DNA of 64,000 bases, taken from the NCBI GenBank assembly GCA_028826165.1, contig JAPDFW010000068.1:124001-188000 (forward strand). Direction: 5' to 3'. Every line of letters starts with the position of its first letter. Position 1 is the first letter of the stretch. This stretch comes from Anaeramoeba ignava BMAN (lineage: Eukaryota > Protista > Anaeramoebae). Below are positions 31,022 to 45,000 of this stretch, one piece after another. A model generated the notes under the pieces. That model ran no database searches and was not told the origin of the DNA. It saw nothing but the letters and a program-made list of their open reading frames with translations. The position numbers and the translations under genes are program-made.

Positions 31022-32935
31022 TTAATTTTGATAAATAAACCAATTTGGATTTGGAGTTAATCCTTTAGCAACTCCACAAACAGCAATTCTTCCATTTCCT
31101 CCTTTTCCACCTGAAGAATTAATTCCTGGATGAGATGAAAGAGGATAACCAATTCCTTTTTCACCACCTTTAGCTTCAATTGTTCCGTTATTGAAAATTA
31201 ATTTTGAAATAAATAAAATACTTCCTCCACTTCCTCCTCCTCCTCCTGAACCAAATGTTCCATTAATTCCATCTTCACCTTTTTCTCCATTACAATAAAT
31301 TTCACCATTATTAATAATAGTATTTGCTTCTAATAATAAAGCTCCTCCTCCATTTCCTCCTTTTCCCTTTGTTTGTCCATTACTATATGGATGACCAGAA
31401 CCACCACCTGATCCTAAATAAAGTTGTGTTATTTTTTCATCTCCATAAATTTCTCCTCCTTTTCCTCCTGGATGATTTCCTCCTTGCCATCTATTTGGTT
31501 CAGAATCTTCACCTTTAGTTCCATATCCTCCTCCACCTCCTCCAATACTTCCAAAACTACTACAACCCAAACCAGCTCCACCACCTCCTTTATTTGCATC
31601 TTGAAGATCTCCTCCTCTTCCATTGAATGATTCTCCTTGTTTTGCTTTTCCATTTGTGCATTGTGGAACTGCATCACCACCTCGATATCCTTTTCCTGAT
31701 AAATCAATTTTACCTCCTTTTTCAATAATTATCATTGATTTTGCTTTGATTTTCAATACTCCTCCTGAATTTCCATCCCATGCTTTAACTGTAAGAACTC
31801 CTCCATTTCTTATTATTAAATTATTACAATTAATTTCTCCATTCATTTCTTGTGTGTTTGTGATTTCAATTGTATCTTGTTGTTTCAAAATTGAATCAAG
31901 ATCTTGAAAAAATTTGTAAAAAAAATCAATATCTTCATCTTTAATTTCCATTCCTGATATTTTTTGGATAACAGAAAATTTTTTTTTTTCATTTTCAATT
32001 TCAATTTTCTTTTCATTTTCAAGTTTTTCTTGAAATATTTTCTTTTCATTTTCCACTTTTTCAATTTCAATTTTCTTTTCATTTTCAAGTTTTTCAATTT
32101 CAATTTTCTTTTCATTTTCAAGTTTTTCTTGTAATTTTTTCATTTCATCAACTTTATCACTTTCTTTCTTTGAAATTTGAAAAAGGAAATGAGTAGGAAG
32201 ATATTCTAATTCTTGAATTTTTTTGAAATCTTCTTTTTTAAAAATATCAATATTAATTTTAGAAAGAAATTGATTAAATAATTGTTTTAATTTTTGATTT
32301 TTGATTTTTTCATCAACATTTTGAATTCTTTGATTTAAATATTTATGAAGAACATCAAAAAATTCAATTCCAATATTTTCTTGATTTTTGGATTTATTTG
32401 AAATAATTTGAATAATTTGTTGTTGAGATAAATGAAGAAATTCAGATTTTTTGATTAAATTTTCGAAGTTTTGTTCAATAAATTCCAAACAAGAATCATT
32501 TAATTTTAATGAATTTATTGATTTATTATCTGAAAGAATTTGGAAAACATTTTCTTCATTGATTTTTTGAATGATTTGGTTTTCAAGAAAATTAGATAAT
32601 AAATCAAGTTGAAATAAAATTGAAGCTTTGAAAAATTGAAGTAAATCTTGATCATTGAATTGAATTTGACTTGAATAAATATAAAGAAGAATATTTGAGA
32701 TTGTTTGATTATTAAATTCAAAAAAAGAGATTTCATTTGATTCATTTTCTTTAAAAAAATTAGTAAAATAAGGAGAACGAAAACTTAAAATTGATTTATG
32801 AGAAGGAAATTGATAAGAATCAGTTTTAATAATAAAATCAGGAAAATTATGAGAAGATTTTAATAAATTTGTAAATTGTTGAATTAAATTTTGTGTGAAT
32901 TGATTGTTGTTATTATTATTATTATTTTCTTCCAT
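31022..32935 (-). CDS. BTB-BACK + coiled coil + glycine-rich domain protein, copy A (intronless)
   Basis: BTB motif FPSHKSILSFRSPYF. C-terminal TVKAWDGNSGGVL..IDLSGKGYRGG and GGGGG blocks. Confidence 0.88.
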   Translation of the reverse strand: MEENNNNNNNNQFTQNLIQQFTNLLKSSHNFPDFIIKTDSYQFPSHKSILSFRSPYFTNFFKENESNEISFFEFNNQTISNILLYIYSSQIQFNDQDLLQFFKASILFQLDLLSNFLENQIIQKINEENVFQILSDNKSINSLKLNDSCLEFIEQNFENLIKKSEFLHLSQQQIIQIISNKSKNQENIGIEFFDVLHKYLNQRIQNVDEKIKNQKLKQLFNQFLSKINIDIFKKEDFKKIQELEYLPTHFLFQISKKESDKVDEMKKLQEKLENEKKIEIEKLENEKKIEIEKVENEKKIFQEKLENEKKIEIENEKKKFSVIQKISGMEIKDEDIDFFYKFFQDLDSILKQQDTIEITNTQEMNGEINCNNLIIRNGGVLTVKAWDGNSGGVLKIKAKSMIIIEKGGKIDLSGKGYRGGDAVPQCTNGKAKQGESFNGRGGDLQDANKGGGGAGLGCSSFGSIGGGGGGYGTKGEDSEPNRWQGGNHPGGKGGEIYGDEKITQLYLGSGGGSGHPYSNGQTKGKGGNGGGALLLEANTIINNGEIYCNGEKGEDGINGTFGSGGGGGSGGSILFISKLIFNNGTIEAKGGEKGIGYPLSSHPGINSSGGKGGNGRIAVCGVAKGLTPNPNWFIYQN

Positions 32936-33099
32936 AATAATAAAAGAAAAAAAATGAAAAAAAAAAGCAAAAAAAAAAAATTTTTTTTTTAATTAAAAAA
33001 AAATAAATAAGAAAAGTGGATTTTAAATTAATTAACAATTTTCTTTCATTTATTATTTTTTTTTTGATTTTAATTTTGATTTTAATTTTGATTTTAATT

Positions 33100-36000
33100 T
33101 TAATTTTGATTTTTTGTTTTTTTGGATTGGGAAGTAATCTGATCAAATAATTTTTCCATTTCAAATTCAGAAAGAACAAAACAATCATTAATCAAATGAT
33201 TAATTTGTTGATTATATTCAATTTCAGTATATTTAACACATTGAAATTTTGAAATATTGTTTGAAACATGATGAAATCTTCTCCTTTTTGCCCAATTAAT
33301 AAGATGATTTTCTTTTGTAAAATTAGGAAGACCTCTAATATTTGAAAGATCTGAAAGAAATACAACAATATAAGGAATTGCAGGCAAATCAATTTGACTA
33401 AATTCTTTACGCAAAATTTCATAATTTCGTTTTGGATCCAATTTTTGATCCAATTCATGATATTTTGCAAGTATATTTTTGGGTACTTTTTTCCATGTTT
33501 CGGATAAATATTCAATTTTCATACTTTGGAAACTTGAAATAAAACAAAAGGAGTCATTCAAGTTTCTCATTTTAAAAAGAACCAAAGCAGTCTTGATAAA
33601 TTTAGTGAGAATTTTTGCTCTTGTTGTTAAATCCTTTTGAATCAAAATTTGTGTGCAAATCCAATCAGAAAGAAAATTAAACCATCGAGAAAAGGCATTA
33701 GTTGCTTGAGTTTCAACTTTTTCGTTGATGTCTCGAGTAGCAAAAGTAAGATTCAACAAATCTTTCGTTGTGATTTGGGAAAATTTTTCATAAGTGATTC
33801 TCGTAATTTGTTTTGCCAGTTCAACACAAGAAACAAATAATAGTGGCGGTTTTTTTTGACTGTTTTTTGCTAGATCAAATTTTTTCTTATCTGTACATAA
33901 ACCACACAAAATAATGCAGTTATCGGAAGTATTAATTTTGGATAAAGAGTCTTCTTTTTCTGGTCTTTTCTCTTCAGTCACGTTTTGTTTTTCTAAAGAA
34001 AGCATGCTCTTCAAAGTTTCTCCTTTGTTCCGTATTTTCTTTTCTGGATATTTCATAAGATAACTTTCTGTGAATTTAATAATCATTTCTTTCACTTCAT
34101 TTGGAATATTTTTAGAATGGAATTGTGCGATTCGAATTAAAATATCAACAACCATAACTTGTATTTCTTCTCGTGCTTCTTTTTCAATTATTTCCCTTGT
34201 TTTTGGATCCTTTTTAGGAACAAGAAACCGATCAAACAAGTTGATCGCCAGTTTGTAATGTGTTGAATAACTTGGAAGTACATTTAACAAGAAATCCACA
34301 AAATCATATGAATAGCCTTCTTTTGTTGTTAAAATTTCTAATGCTTTATTGAGTGTTGTTGATTTTATTTTCAGATATTCATTTACATTTTCATTTTGAT
34401 TATTTTGATTTTCATAAACAATATTTTTCATTTGAATTACACTTTCTTCCCAAAAAAGGAGATGATCTAAAATATTTCAAAATCAAAATCAAAATTAAAT
34501 TAAAATTAAAATTAAAATCAAAATCAAAATTTACTAAATGATAATTCTTCTTCATTTTCTTCATTTTCTTCATTTTCATTTTCTTCAAAATTGTTTTTTT
34601 GAATATCAACTAATTCAAGTTGCGAATTATCTTCAATTTTTTGTTCTAAAAAATTCTGATCCAAATCTAACAAATAATTTTGTTCCAGTTTATTATTCTG
34701 TTGATTTTGCTTTTTTTCTTCATAATTATGACTTAATTTTTTAAAAATAAGTTTATTAGGATTTCCAATTTGATAAAAGTTGCAAATATTAAAAATCAAT
34801 TTGCCAACTTTGATCCAAGGATTCAAAACAATCCGAAGAACACAATCCACAACTTGAGTTTTTGTAACTTTATCAGAAATTGAGTAATTAATGGAAATCC
34901 TTATTGGGCGAGGTTGAAATACAAGGAACATAAAAGCATTGATACTCTATAAATAATTTTAATTTATATATAAATTTGAATATAAATATATATATTTATA
35001 TATATATTTTTTTTTCTTTTGGTGATGATAAAAAATTATATACATAATTGCTTGGGAAATGATTGTAAATTTGCGTATTTGAATAAACATTCAAATATTT
35101 CCCAAATACTTCATTTGCTTCTTCGTTTTGTTTTTGGAAATCATCTAATGGACAAAAAACACCAATTTCTAAATTATGATTATTAACTGATTTTTGAATT
35201 TGTCGAGAGTCTATCCTTAGAAACAGCCCAAATCTTTTTGAATTATTTACAACTTCTTTCATCTGTTTCAAAATTGATGAAATTTTCGTATCAGTTGTAA
35301 TTTTCTTCCATTTAAAACTTGTAAATTTTTCATTGTTTGGGTAAATAATATAAATTTGTTGAGGCGGTTTTTTGCGAATTTGAACAATATATCCAGAGAA
35401 TTTATCCAAAAAGACATCATCTTCAATAAATTGCCCTTGATATATTGAATTTACATCCAAATTCTGGTTTTTTTGGAACGGAATTTCTGTTGAAAAAAGT
35501 TGGAAATCTTCGTTTTCAAGTGAAAAATATTTGGCAAATTCCATCACCATTTCTTTTGCTCTATATTTTTTATCAACAACAAAGCGTGTTTTAATTCCAT
35601 CAGGATCATAAATATAATTTTTATTTTCTTCGAAATATATGTTTTTGATCGATATTTTTTCTTTCAAATTTAATCGAGAACTTTTTTTTTGTGTTTTCTC
35701 TTCCATTTTTGTGTTTAAATTTTGCTTATTTTCAATTAAAGATGAAAAGTTTGAAATGATATTTAAAATATTCTCACTTTTGGTAAGTGTTTTTAGATTG
35801 AATCTATCTGCAATTTGTTGGTTATTCTGTGGGAAAATTTGTGATATAATATTTGTTGGGATTTGATCAAAAATTTCTTGTAATTTTGTTTGCAATCTTG
35901 AATAAGATATTTCAATATCTTGGGTTATTTCTTCAATTATTAGATTTATTAATATAATTGATAAACTGCGCATTTTAGCAGATATTGATTCATCTTCTAG

Positions 36001-36775
36001 TAATTCAATAATTGTTGTTAAATCAATTTGCTTTTTATCAAATTGAGAGAATTTTTTTTTAATTGATTTTTGTGAGAAATTGATTAAAATATCTTGTAAA
36101 CAAATTGGAATAACTAAAGGAATAAAAAAAGCACTTTTTGGACAATTAAGTTGATTAATTTGATTTTTTTCTGTAAATGGGGAATTTTTTGATTGAACAA
36201 AAAAAACAAAAAATTGGAGAATAATTCTTAAAGATTTTTCTTCATTAAATAAATTTACACGATGTGTCATTTCTCTATTTTTTTTTTATTGAAAAATAAA
36301 AATATTTAAAAAAAAAAATTTAAATAAGATTTTTAAATAAGATTTTGGGGTATTTTTTTTACTTGTTATAATCAACATTTAATAAGTCTTTCATTACATA
36401 ATCTAATTCAAATATAGCAAAATCTCCAATTTTAAAAAAAATCTTTTTGATACAAAATTCAGAAAAAAAATAACTTAAATTTTCAATTGACAGAAGTAAA
36501 TTGACTAAATATTTCTCATAAACATAATTTCTATTTAAATTTAAGTTTGCTTTTTTATTCAAAATTAACCAATTTCTTGAATATTTTTCAAAGTTTAAAA
36601 TTAATTCAAATTTTTCTTTTTCAGAAAAAGGCAAATGATCATTTATTGAAAATGTTATTGGTTCACTTCTTGGAATAAGTTTAAAACTTTGCCCTCTTCT
36701 TGTTTTAATTGGAAGTTGTTTTGGATCATTTTTAAAGAAATGAAATGTCTCAAAAGAAATAGAGCTTCTTCTCAT
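33100..36775 (-). CDS. RasGEF (REM + CDC25 domain) protein, 4 exons
   Basis: ELAKQIT, FNFLSDWICTQIL, RAKILTKFIKTA, PAIPYIVVFLSDL and LINWAKRR motifs. Introns at ~36362-36275, 35043-34947 and 34534-34467 restore the frame. Confidence 0.85.
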
Positions 36776-36968
36776 ATTTAAAAATAAAAAAATAAAAAAA
36801 TGAAAAAAAAAAAAAAATTTTTCTTTAAAATCCAAAAATCTAAATTTTTTTTTATTTATTATTGGCGGAATACATTTGAAGTTTACAAGTTTTTAAAAAC
36901 AAAAATAAAAATAAAAACAAAATTTCATTTTTCATTTTTCATTTTTTCATTTTTTCATTTAATTTTTA

Positions 36969-39900
36969 ATGACTTCTATAAGAGCTTCAAATAGAATTAA
37001 ATATCCTTCTTGGCTTTTTATAACAATTAAAAGAGCAATTGATTTAACAACAGAAGCAAATAGTAAAAAATAATTTTATAATTTTTATAATTAAAACAAT
37101 TTTTATTTTTATTTTATTTTTCTTAATTAGTTCTTAAAGATTGTTATTGTATTTTATGGCTTGAAGATCAAGAATTTAAATCAAAAACAGTTTTTCAAAC
37201 AAATTCACCAATTTTTAATGAGGTTTTATTTTATTTTTCAATTAATTAATAAACAAAACAAAACAAAACAAAACATAAAACAAAATAAAACAAATTTATA
37301 AACAAATCAAAACAAATAGACATTTAGATTTGGAGTTTTAAATCCAGAAATTCCAGTTAAAATTGATTTTTATGATTTTGAATCATTTACAAAGTATTTA
37401 ATTTTAATTTTAATTTTATTTTAATTTTAATTTTAATTTTAATTTAATTTTAATTTTAATTTTAATTTTAAAATGAATTTTTTTGAAAATAAGTGATCAT
37501 CGTTTTGGATTTATTGAAGTTTCTTATTCTGATTTAGAAGATGGAAAAAGTTATGAAAAGATTTATAAACTTCAAGTAAAATTTGAATTTTAATTTTTAA
37601 ATATAAATTTGAATTTTAATTTTTAAATATATATTTTTTAATAAAAAAGGGTTCAGATTCAAATTCAGCAATGGTTCATGTAGTTATTACAAAAGCAATT
37701 TTTGATAGTTCATTATTTCAAGATGTATTTAAAATTTTTTTTTAATTAATCCAATTTTTTTTAATTAATTCAATTTTTTTTAGAATGTCAATTTATCTCC
37801 TCAAACCAAAAGAAATGATATTATCGATAGAATTCATATTATAAATGAAGCTCATCAAGTAATACCTAATATTGAAACTCAACAAAAAGAACAACAAATT
37901 AAAGTTGATTCAAGTGAAAAAAATATTGAAAAAAATATTGAAAAAAATGAAATTGAAGAAAAAAATTATTCAACTATTGAAATTCCACAAAATTTAATGA
38001 AATCATCAGAAAATCAACCAATTGAATTGGAGTTTGTTTATGGATATAAGGCAACAAATTCAAGAAACAATTTACATTTTACTTCAAGTGGTGAAATTAT
38101 TTATTTTGCTGCTGCTATTCCAATTATTTATAATCTCAAAACAAAAACTCAAAAATTTTTTTATGGTCATTCTTCAGAAATTATTTGGTAAATTTATTTT
38201 ATATTTGAAAATTTAGAACTTAAAATTTTAAAAATGAAAATTGAATTTAAACTAAATCAATTAAAAATTCAACATTTAATTAAACTTAAAATTTGAAAAA
38301 TGAAAAATGAATTTAAATCAAATCAATTAATAATTCAACATTTAATTAAACTTAAAAATTTAAAAATGAAAAATGAATTTAAATCAAATCAATTTAAAAT
38401 TCAACATTTAATTAAACTTAAAATTTGAAAAATGAAAAATTTAAATTAAATCAATTTAAAATTCAACATTTAATTAAACTTAAAATTTAAAAAATGAAAA
38501 ATGAATTTAAATTAAATCGATTAATAATTCAACATTTATTTTATATTTGAAAATTTGAAAATGAAAAATGAATTTAAATCAAATCAATTTAAAATTCAAC
38601 ATTTAATTAAACTTAAAATGAATTTAATGAATAGTAATGCAATTCATCCAAGTCGTCAAATTTTTGCAACAGGAGATTCTTCAGAAAAACCACTTTTATG
38701 TGTTTGGGGAATTGGTAATAGCAGGCCAATAAGTTATTTTTCACCACCACATGATAGTGGTATTTATGCAGTAACATTTTCAAAAGATGGGACACTTCTT
38801 GCATCAGTTGGACTTGATGATAATCATACAATTTGTATTTGGGATTGGGAAAACAATAAATTAATATGTTCAAAATCAGGTCATCCAAATAAAGTTTTAT
38901 GTTTAGAATGTGATCCAAAGAATAATTCTAAATTTGTTACTTGTGGAATTAGTCATATTCGTTCTTGGGAACTTTCTAATGATAATCTTTCTTTTATTGA
39001 GGGTTCTTTTGGTGATAAAGAAATACCGATGTTGTTATCTTTAGCTGTTTCAAAAAATAATGAAGCTTGTGTTGGCACTCCCACTGGTGAAATTTTAGTT
39101 TGGGATATGAAAAATAATCAACTTACAAATTCTTTTAGAGCTCATACTGTACTTTTATTAATTCAATTTAATTTAATATTCAATTCAATATTCAATTTAA
39201 TATTCAATATTTAATTCAATTTTCAATATTCAATATTCAATTCAATTCAATTCAATATTAAATTAAATTTAATTCAATTCAATATTCAATTCAATTTAAT
39301 TCAATTCAATTTAATATTCAATTCAATTCAATCCAATTCAATTCAATTCAATTCAATTCAATTTAATCCAATTCAATTTAATTCAATTCAATTCAATATT
39401 TTCAATTTCAATTCAATTTAATATTCAATTCAATTCAATTCAATTCAATTCAATTCAATTCAATTCAATTCAATTCAATTCAATTCAATTCTGATTCATT
39501 CAATATTCATTCAATTTTAATTTAATTCAATTTAATATTCAATTCAATTCAATTCAATTCAATTCAATTCAATTCAATTCAATTTAATTCAATTCAATTC
39601 AATTCAATTCAAATCAATATTCAACCAATTATATTCAAATTCAAATCCAATAATTCAATATTTAATTCAATTCAATTTAATTTAATTCAATATTTAATTT
39701 AATATTTAATTCAATTCAATTCAATATTTAATTCAATTCAAATAAAAATTAAAATTTAAAAAGGGACCTTGTATTGTTATTAGATATACATCTGATGAAA
39801 GTTTTCTTCTTTCAGGTGGAAAAGATGGAAAAGTTGTTTTATGGGATTCAAAAACAAAAGAAAGAAAACAAACGATTTCTTCAATTGTCGGAGGTCCAAT

Positions 39901-41739
39901 AAGAGCTGTTGATTATTATCAAGGAAAAATTATTACAGGATCTGCTAAACATATTATTTGGGAAACTGATTTATCAACAGGAAATTCAACTAAAATTTTA
40001 ATTGTATCTTTCGAAACTTAGTTTTACATTAAAATCAAAATTAAAATTAAAATTAAAATTAAAATTAAAATTAAAATTAAAATTCATTTATAAAATTAAA
40101 ATTTAAATTAAAATTAAAATTCATTTATAAAATTAAAATTAAAATTAAAATTAAAATTAATATTAAAATTAAAGTTGAAATTAAAATTAATATTAAAATT
40201 AAAATTATAATTAAAATTAAAATTAAAATTAAAATTAAAATTAATATTAAAATTAAATTTAAAATTAAAATTAAAATTAATATTAAAATTAAAATTAAAA
40301 TTAAAATTAAAATTAAAATTAAAATTAAAATTAAAATTAAAATTAAAATTAAAATTAAAATTAATATTAAAATTAAAATTAAAATTAAAATTAAAATTAA
40401 AATTAATATTAAAATTAAAATTATAATTAAAATTCATTTATAAAATTAAAACAGAGTCATTCAAATGAAGTTTGGGGATTAGCAAGCCATCCAAAAAAGC
40501 AAGAATTTGTAACAGCCTGTGATGATCGAAGTGTACAAAGTTGGGATGCAATTAATCACAAACCATTATCAACAAAACGGATCAACGGACAAGCGCGATA
40601 TGTAAATTACTCACCAGATGGAGAACTTTTAGGAATAGGACTTCGTGATGGTGAGCTTTTAGTTGTTAGAAGTGATAATTATCGTCAAGTTTCTAATAGA
40701 AAAGATATGACAACTCGTATTGTTTATATGAAATTCTCTTTAAATTTACAAAATCTTGTTATTGCTTATGAAGATGGTTCAATTGATCTTTATGTTTCTT
40801 ATCGTCGTTCTTTTACTTTTCATATTCCTCTTCCAAAAGGTTGCTAGAACTTTTCCAATTCAATTTAAAATTAAAATCAAATTTAAAATTAAAATTATAA
40901 TTAAAAATTAAAATTAATTTATAAAATTAAAATTAAAATTAGAATTAAAATTAATTTATAAAATTAAAATTAAAATTAAAATTAAAATTAAAATTAAAAT
41001 TAAAATTAAAATTAAATTTAAAATTAATATTATAATTAAAATTAAATTTAAAATTAAAATTAAAATTAAAATTAAAATTAAAATTAAAATTAAAAAATTT
41101 AAAATTAAAATTAAAATTAAAATTAAAATTAAAATTAAAATTAAAATTAAAATTAAAATTAAAATTAAAATTTAAATTTAAAATTAAAATTAAAATTAAA
41201 ATTAAAATTAAAATTAAAATTAAAATTAAAATTAAAAATTAAAAATTAGATGGAATAGATTTAAAATTTAAAATTAAAATTAAAATTAAAATTATAAATT
41301 AAAATTAAAAATTAAAAAATTAGATGGAATGATTTCTGTAATTGATTTCTCAAAAGATCAAAAAAAAATACAAGTTTTAACAAATTTTGAGAAAAGATTT
41401 TTCTTTGATCTTGAAACGAATCAGATGATAACAACAGATACAGTTTCAGGATTAGAAGAACCACAAACATGGGAAATTAATGATTGTTTAATTCCACAAA
41501 ATCTATCAGGATTTACAAGCATTGATCAATATAAAATATCATCACAAAGACTTTTAATTGCATACACTGATAACACAAAATCATTTACTTTAATTGATTC
41601 AATTTCAGGAAATATTAAGAAATTTGATATTCAAGGTCACAGTTCAAATGTTGTTAATGTGAAATTTTTACATCCTTCAAAATTAATTTCTATTGGTGGA
41701 GAAGACCATTGTATTTTTCAATGGAAAATTCTCAATTAA
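36969..41739 (+). CDS. C2 domain + EML (HELP/WD40 TAPE) protein, 10 exons
   Basis: N-terminal C2-like motifs (ITIKRAIDL, DCYC, NSPIFNETFRF, IDFYD). HELP motif LEFVYGYKATNSRNNLHF..GEIIYFAA. WD40 motifs SVGLDDNHTICIWDW, HSNEVWGLASHP and ISIGGEDHCIFQW. Confidence 0.82.
38230..38625. repeat. ~58-bp degenerate tandem repeat in an EML intron
   Basis: AAAATGAAAAATGAATTTAAATCAAATCAATTTAAAATTCAACATTTAATTAAACTT recurs about 6 times. Confidence 0.8.
39160..39740. repeat. (AATTC)n microsatellite in an EML intron
   Basis: Visible pentamer array. Confidence 0.9.
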
Positions 41740-42091
41740 TTTTTTTTTTTCCACTTTTTTAATTTTTGTTCCACTTTTTTTAATTTTTTCTTTTTTTTTC
41801 AAAATTCAAAAACAAAACAAACAACAAGAAACAAAAATTAAAATTAAAATTTATTCTTTTTTAATTATTTTTATCATTCAAAAAAACTTAAATCAAATTT
41901 TTATTCTTTTTTTCTTTTTTTTTCATTCTTCTTTTTCTTTTAAAAATGAAACTAAAAATTTGTAAAATAAAAAACAAAAACCAAAAAACAAAAACAAAAA
42001 CCAAAAACCAAAAAACAAAAACAACTACAACACAAATTCATTATTCCAAAAAAAAAACATTTTTTTCCAATAAATTCATTTAAATTTTATA

Positions 42092-45000
42092 TCATTTTTC
42101 TTTTTCATTTTCTTGATTTTGTTTTATATTTTGATTTTCAATTTGATTTTGATTTTGTTTTTGATTTTGATTTTGTTTTTGATTTATATTTTGTTTTTGT
42201 TTTTGATTTATATTTTGTTTTTGATTTTGTTTTTGTTTTTGATTTTGATTTGGTTTTATATTTTGTTTTTGTTTTTCAATTTGATTTATATTTTGATTTA
42301 TATATTCAATTTGTTTTTCAATTTGATTTATATATTCAATTTGATTTTCAATTTGATTTATATATTCAATTTGTTTTTCAATTTGATTTTGATTTTGAAT
42401 TTGAATTTGATTTTGATTTTGATTTATATTTTGAATTTGATTTTGATTTTGAATTTGTTTTTGAATTTGAATTTGATTTTGTTTTTCGATTTGATTTATA
42501 TTTTGTTTTTGTTTTTCAATTTGATTTATATTTTGATTTATATTTTGATTTTGATTTTCAATTTGATTTATATTTTGTTTTTGTTTTTGATTTTGTTTTT
42601 CGATTTGATTTATATTTTGTTTTTGATTTTGATTTTGATTTTGATTTTGATTTTGATTTTGATTTTGATTTTGATTTTGATTTTGATTTATATTTTGATT
42701 TTGTTTTTGATTTTATTTTTTGATTTTGATTTTGATTTTGATTTTCAATTTGTTTTTCAATTTGTTTTTCAATTTGTTTTTCAATTTGATTTTGATTTTC
42801 AATTTGATTTTGATTTTCAATTTGATTATTTTCAGTTTCATTTCCATTTTGAATTTGAAGAAATTTTCGATTATAATTTGGATTATTATGATAAAATTGA
42901 TTGATATTTTTTTCAAATTGAGATAAAAGAGGTTCATTTATAAATTGAGGAGCGAAAAAAAGGAAAGAATCACAAGAAACAGAACTATTATCTGAACAAA
43001 TTTCTTCTTGGAAAAAATTATTTGAGTCTAAAATCGGATTTTGAATATTTTCTTCCAATTCCTAAAAAAAACGGAAAACAATTTTTTTGAATATAAAATT
43101 TTAAATATAAAAAAAAGGAATTTCTTTTTTTAAGTTTTACTTCAATCACTGGAATAAATTGAGGTTTATTATTTTTTTGAATAACATCATCCCAATTGAT
43201 TCCATGAAAATATGTATGATTTTTAATTTGAAGTATTCCTCCATTTCCAGCTCCCAATCGAAATTGTGGATCTTTAGTTAATAACTTTAAATCATTGATT
43301 AAATTATTAAGTTAAAAATTAAATAAATTTTTTAAAAGGAAAAATTTAGTGTGTTTTTTTTTAAATTTAAGAAAATTTTAATTTAAATAATTCTAGTTAC
43401 TCCACGAATAAATAATTCAAGAAGTAATGGTGTATTTGGGGGAAATTCTGGGAAGGATTGGAATATTTTGCCATAAAGTAAGTTCAAATTACTTGAATGA
43501 AATGGTGGCTAAATTTTTGATTTTTTTAATTTATTTTTTTAATTTTTTGGATTTAATTAATTTGGAAAATAGTTTTCTACCATTCCTGTTAACATTTCAA
43601 ATAAAACAATTCCTAAACTCCAATAATCTACTTCTTTTCCAAAACTTTCACAACGAATAACTTCAGGTGCTATTAATTTTAATTTATATTTTAATTTTGA
43701 ATTTTTGATTTTGATTTTTAATTTTATTTTGATTTTGATTTATATTTTGATTTATATTTTGATTTTGATTTTGATTTTAATTTTGATTTTGATTTTGAAT
43801 TTTAATTTTGATTTTGATTTTGATTTTGATTTTGAATTTGAATTTGAATTTGAATTTGATTTTGATTTTGATTTTGAATTTATATTTTGATTTTGATTTT
43901 GATTTTGATTTATATTTTAATTTTGATTTTTATTTTTATTTTGATTTTGATTTTGATTTTGATTTATATTTTGGTTTTGATTTTGATTTTGATTTTGATT
44001 TATATTTTGATTTTGATTTTGATTTTAATTTTGATTTATATTTTAATTTTGATTTTTATTTTTATTTTGATTTTGATTTTGATTTTAATTTATTTTTTAA
44101 TTTTGATTTTGAATTTTTGATTTTGATTTTAATTTTGATTTTGATTTTGATTTATATTTTGATTTATATTTTGATTTTGATTTAGATTTTGATTTTGATT
44201 TTGATTTTGATTTTGATTTTGATTTATATTTTGATTTTGATTTATATTTTGATTTTTAATTTTAATTTTGATTTTGATTTTGATTTTGATTTTTAAATTA
44301 TACCTAAATAATCTGGTTTTCCACCATAATAATATCTTTCATGAGGTTCAGGTAATTTTAATAAACCAAAATTCCTTAATTTTATATGTCCTATTGTTTT
44401 AATTTTTAATTTTTAATTTTTAATTTTATAATTTTATGATTAAATATTTTTTAGAATGATTAAGATCAAAAATTTTTTTTTTTTGATTTTAAATTTGATC
44501 AGAATTATTTTCATTAAACCAATAAATAAATAAATAAAAAAAACAAAATTTAATTAAAATTTAATTAAAAAAATGTACTTGATCTGAAAAAAAAATAATT
44601 GTAAAATTTGTTTAATAAATTTTTTAATAAATTTTTTAAATTATTTTTAAAGTTTTTTTTAATTGGATCAAATTCAATTTAAATTAAAATAAATTAAAAT
44701 TCAAAATTTTTCAATTAAAATAAATTAAATTGGAATTAAATCAGTAAAAATGTTTAATGATCAAAATCAAATAAAAAAGGAATATTTTTTAAATTAAGAA
44801 TTATTAAAACTTACCAGTATTATCAATAATAATATTTTCAGGGATTAAATGACTTTTTTTTTTAAAAATAATTTTTAGTTTTGTTTTGTTTGTAAAAAGA
44901 GTTTTTTGTTTTGTTTTTTTTTTTTAAAATAAAAAAATAAGTTGAATAAATGAAAAAAAAAATATAAAATGAAAAATTGTATCCCAAAACAAAAAAAGGT

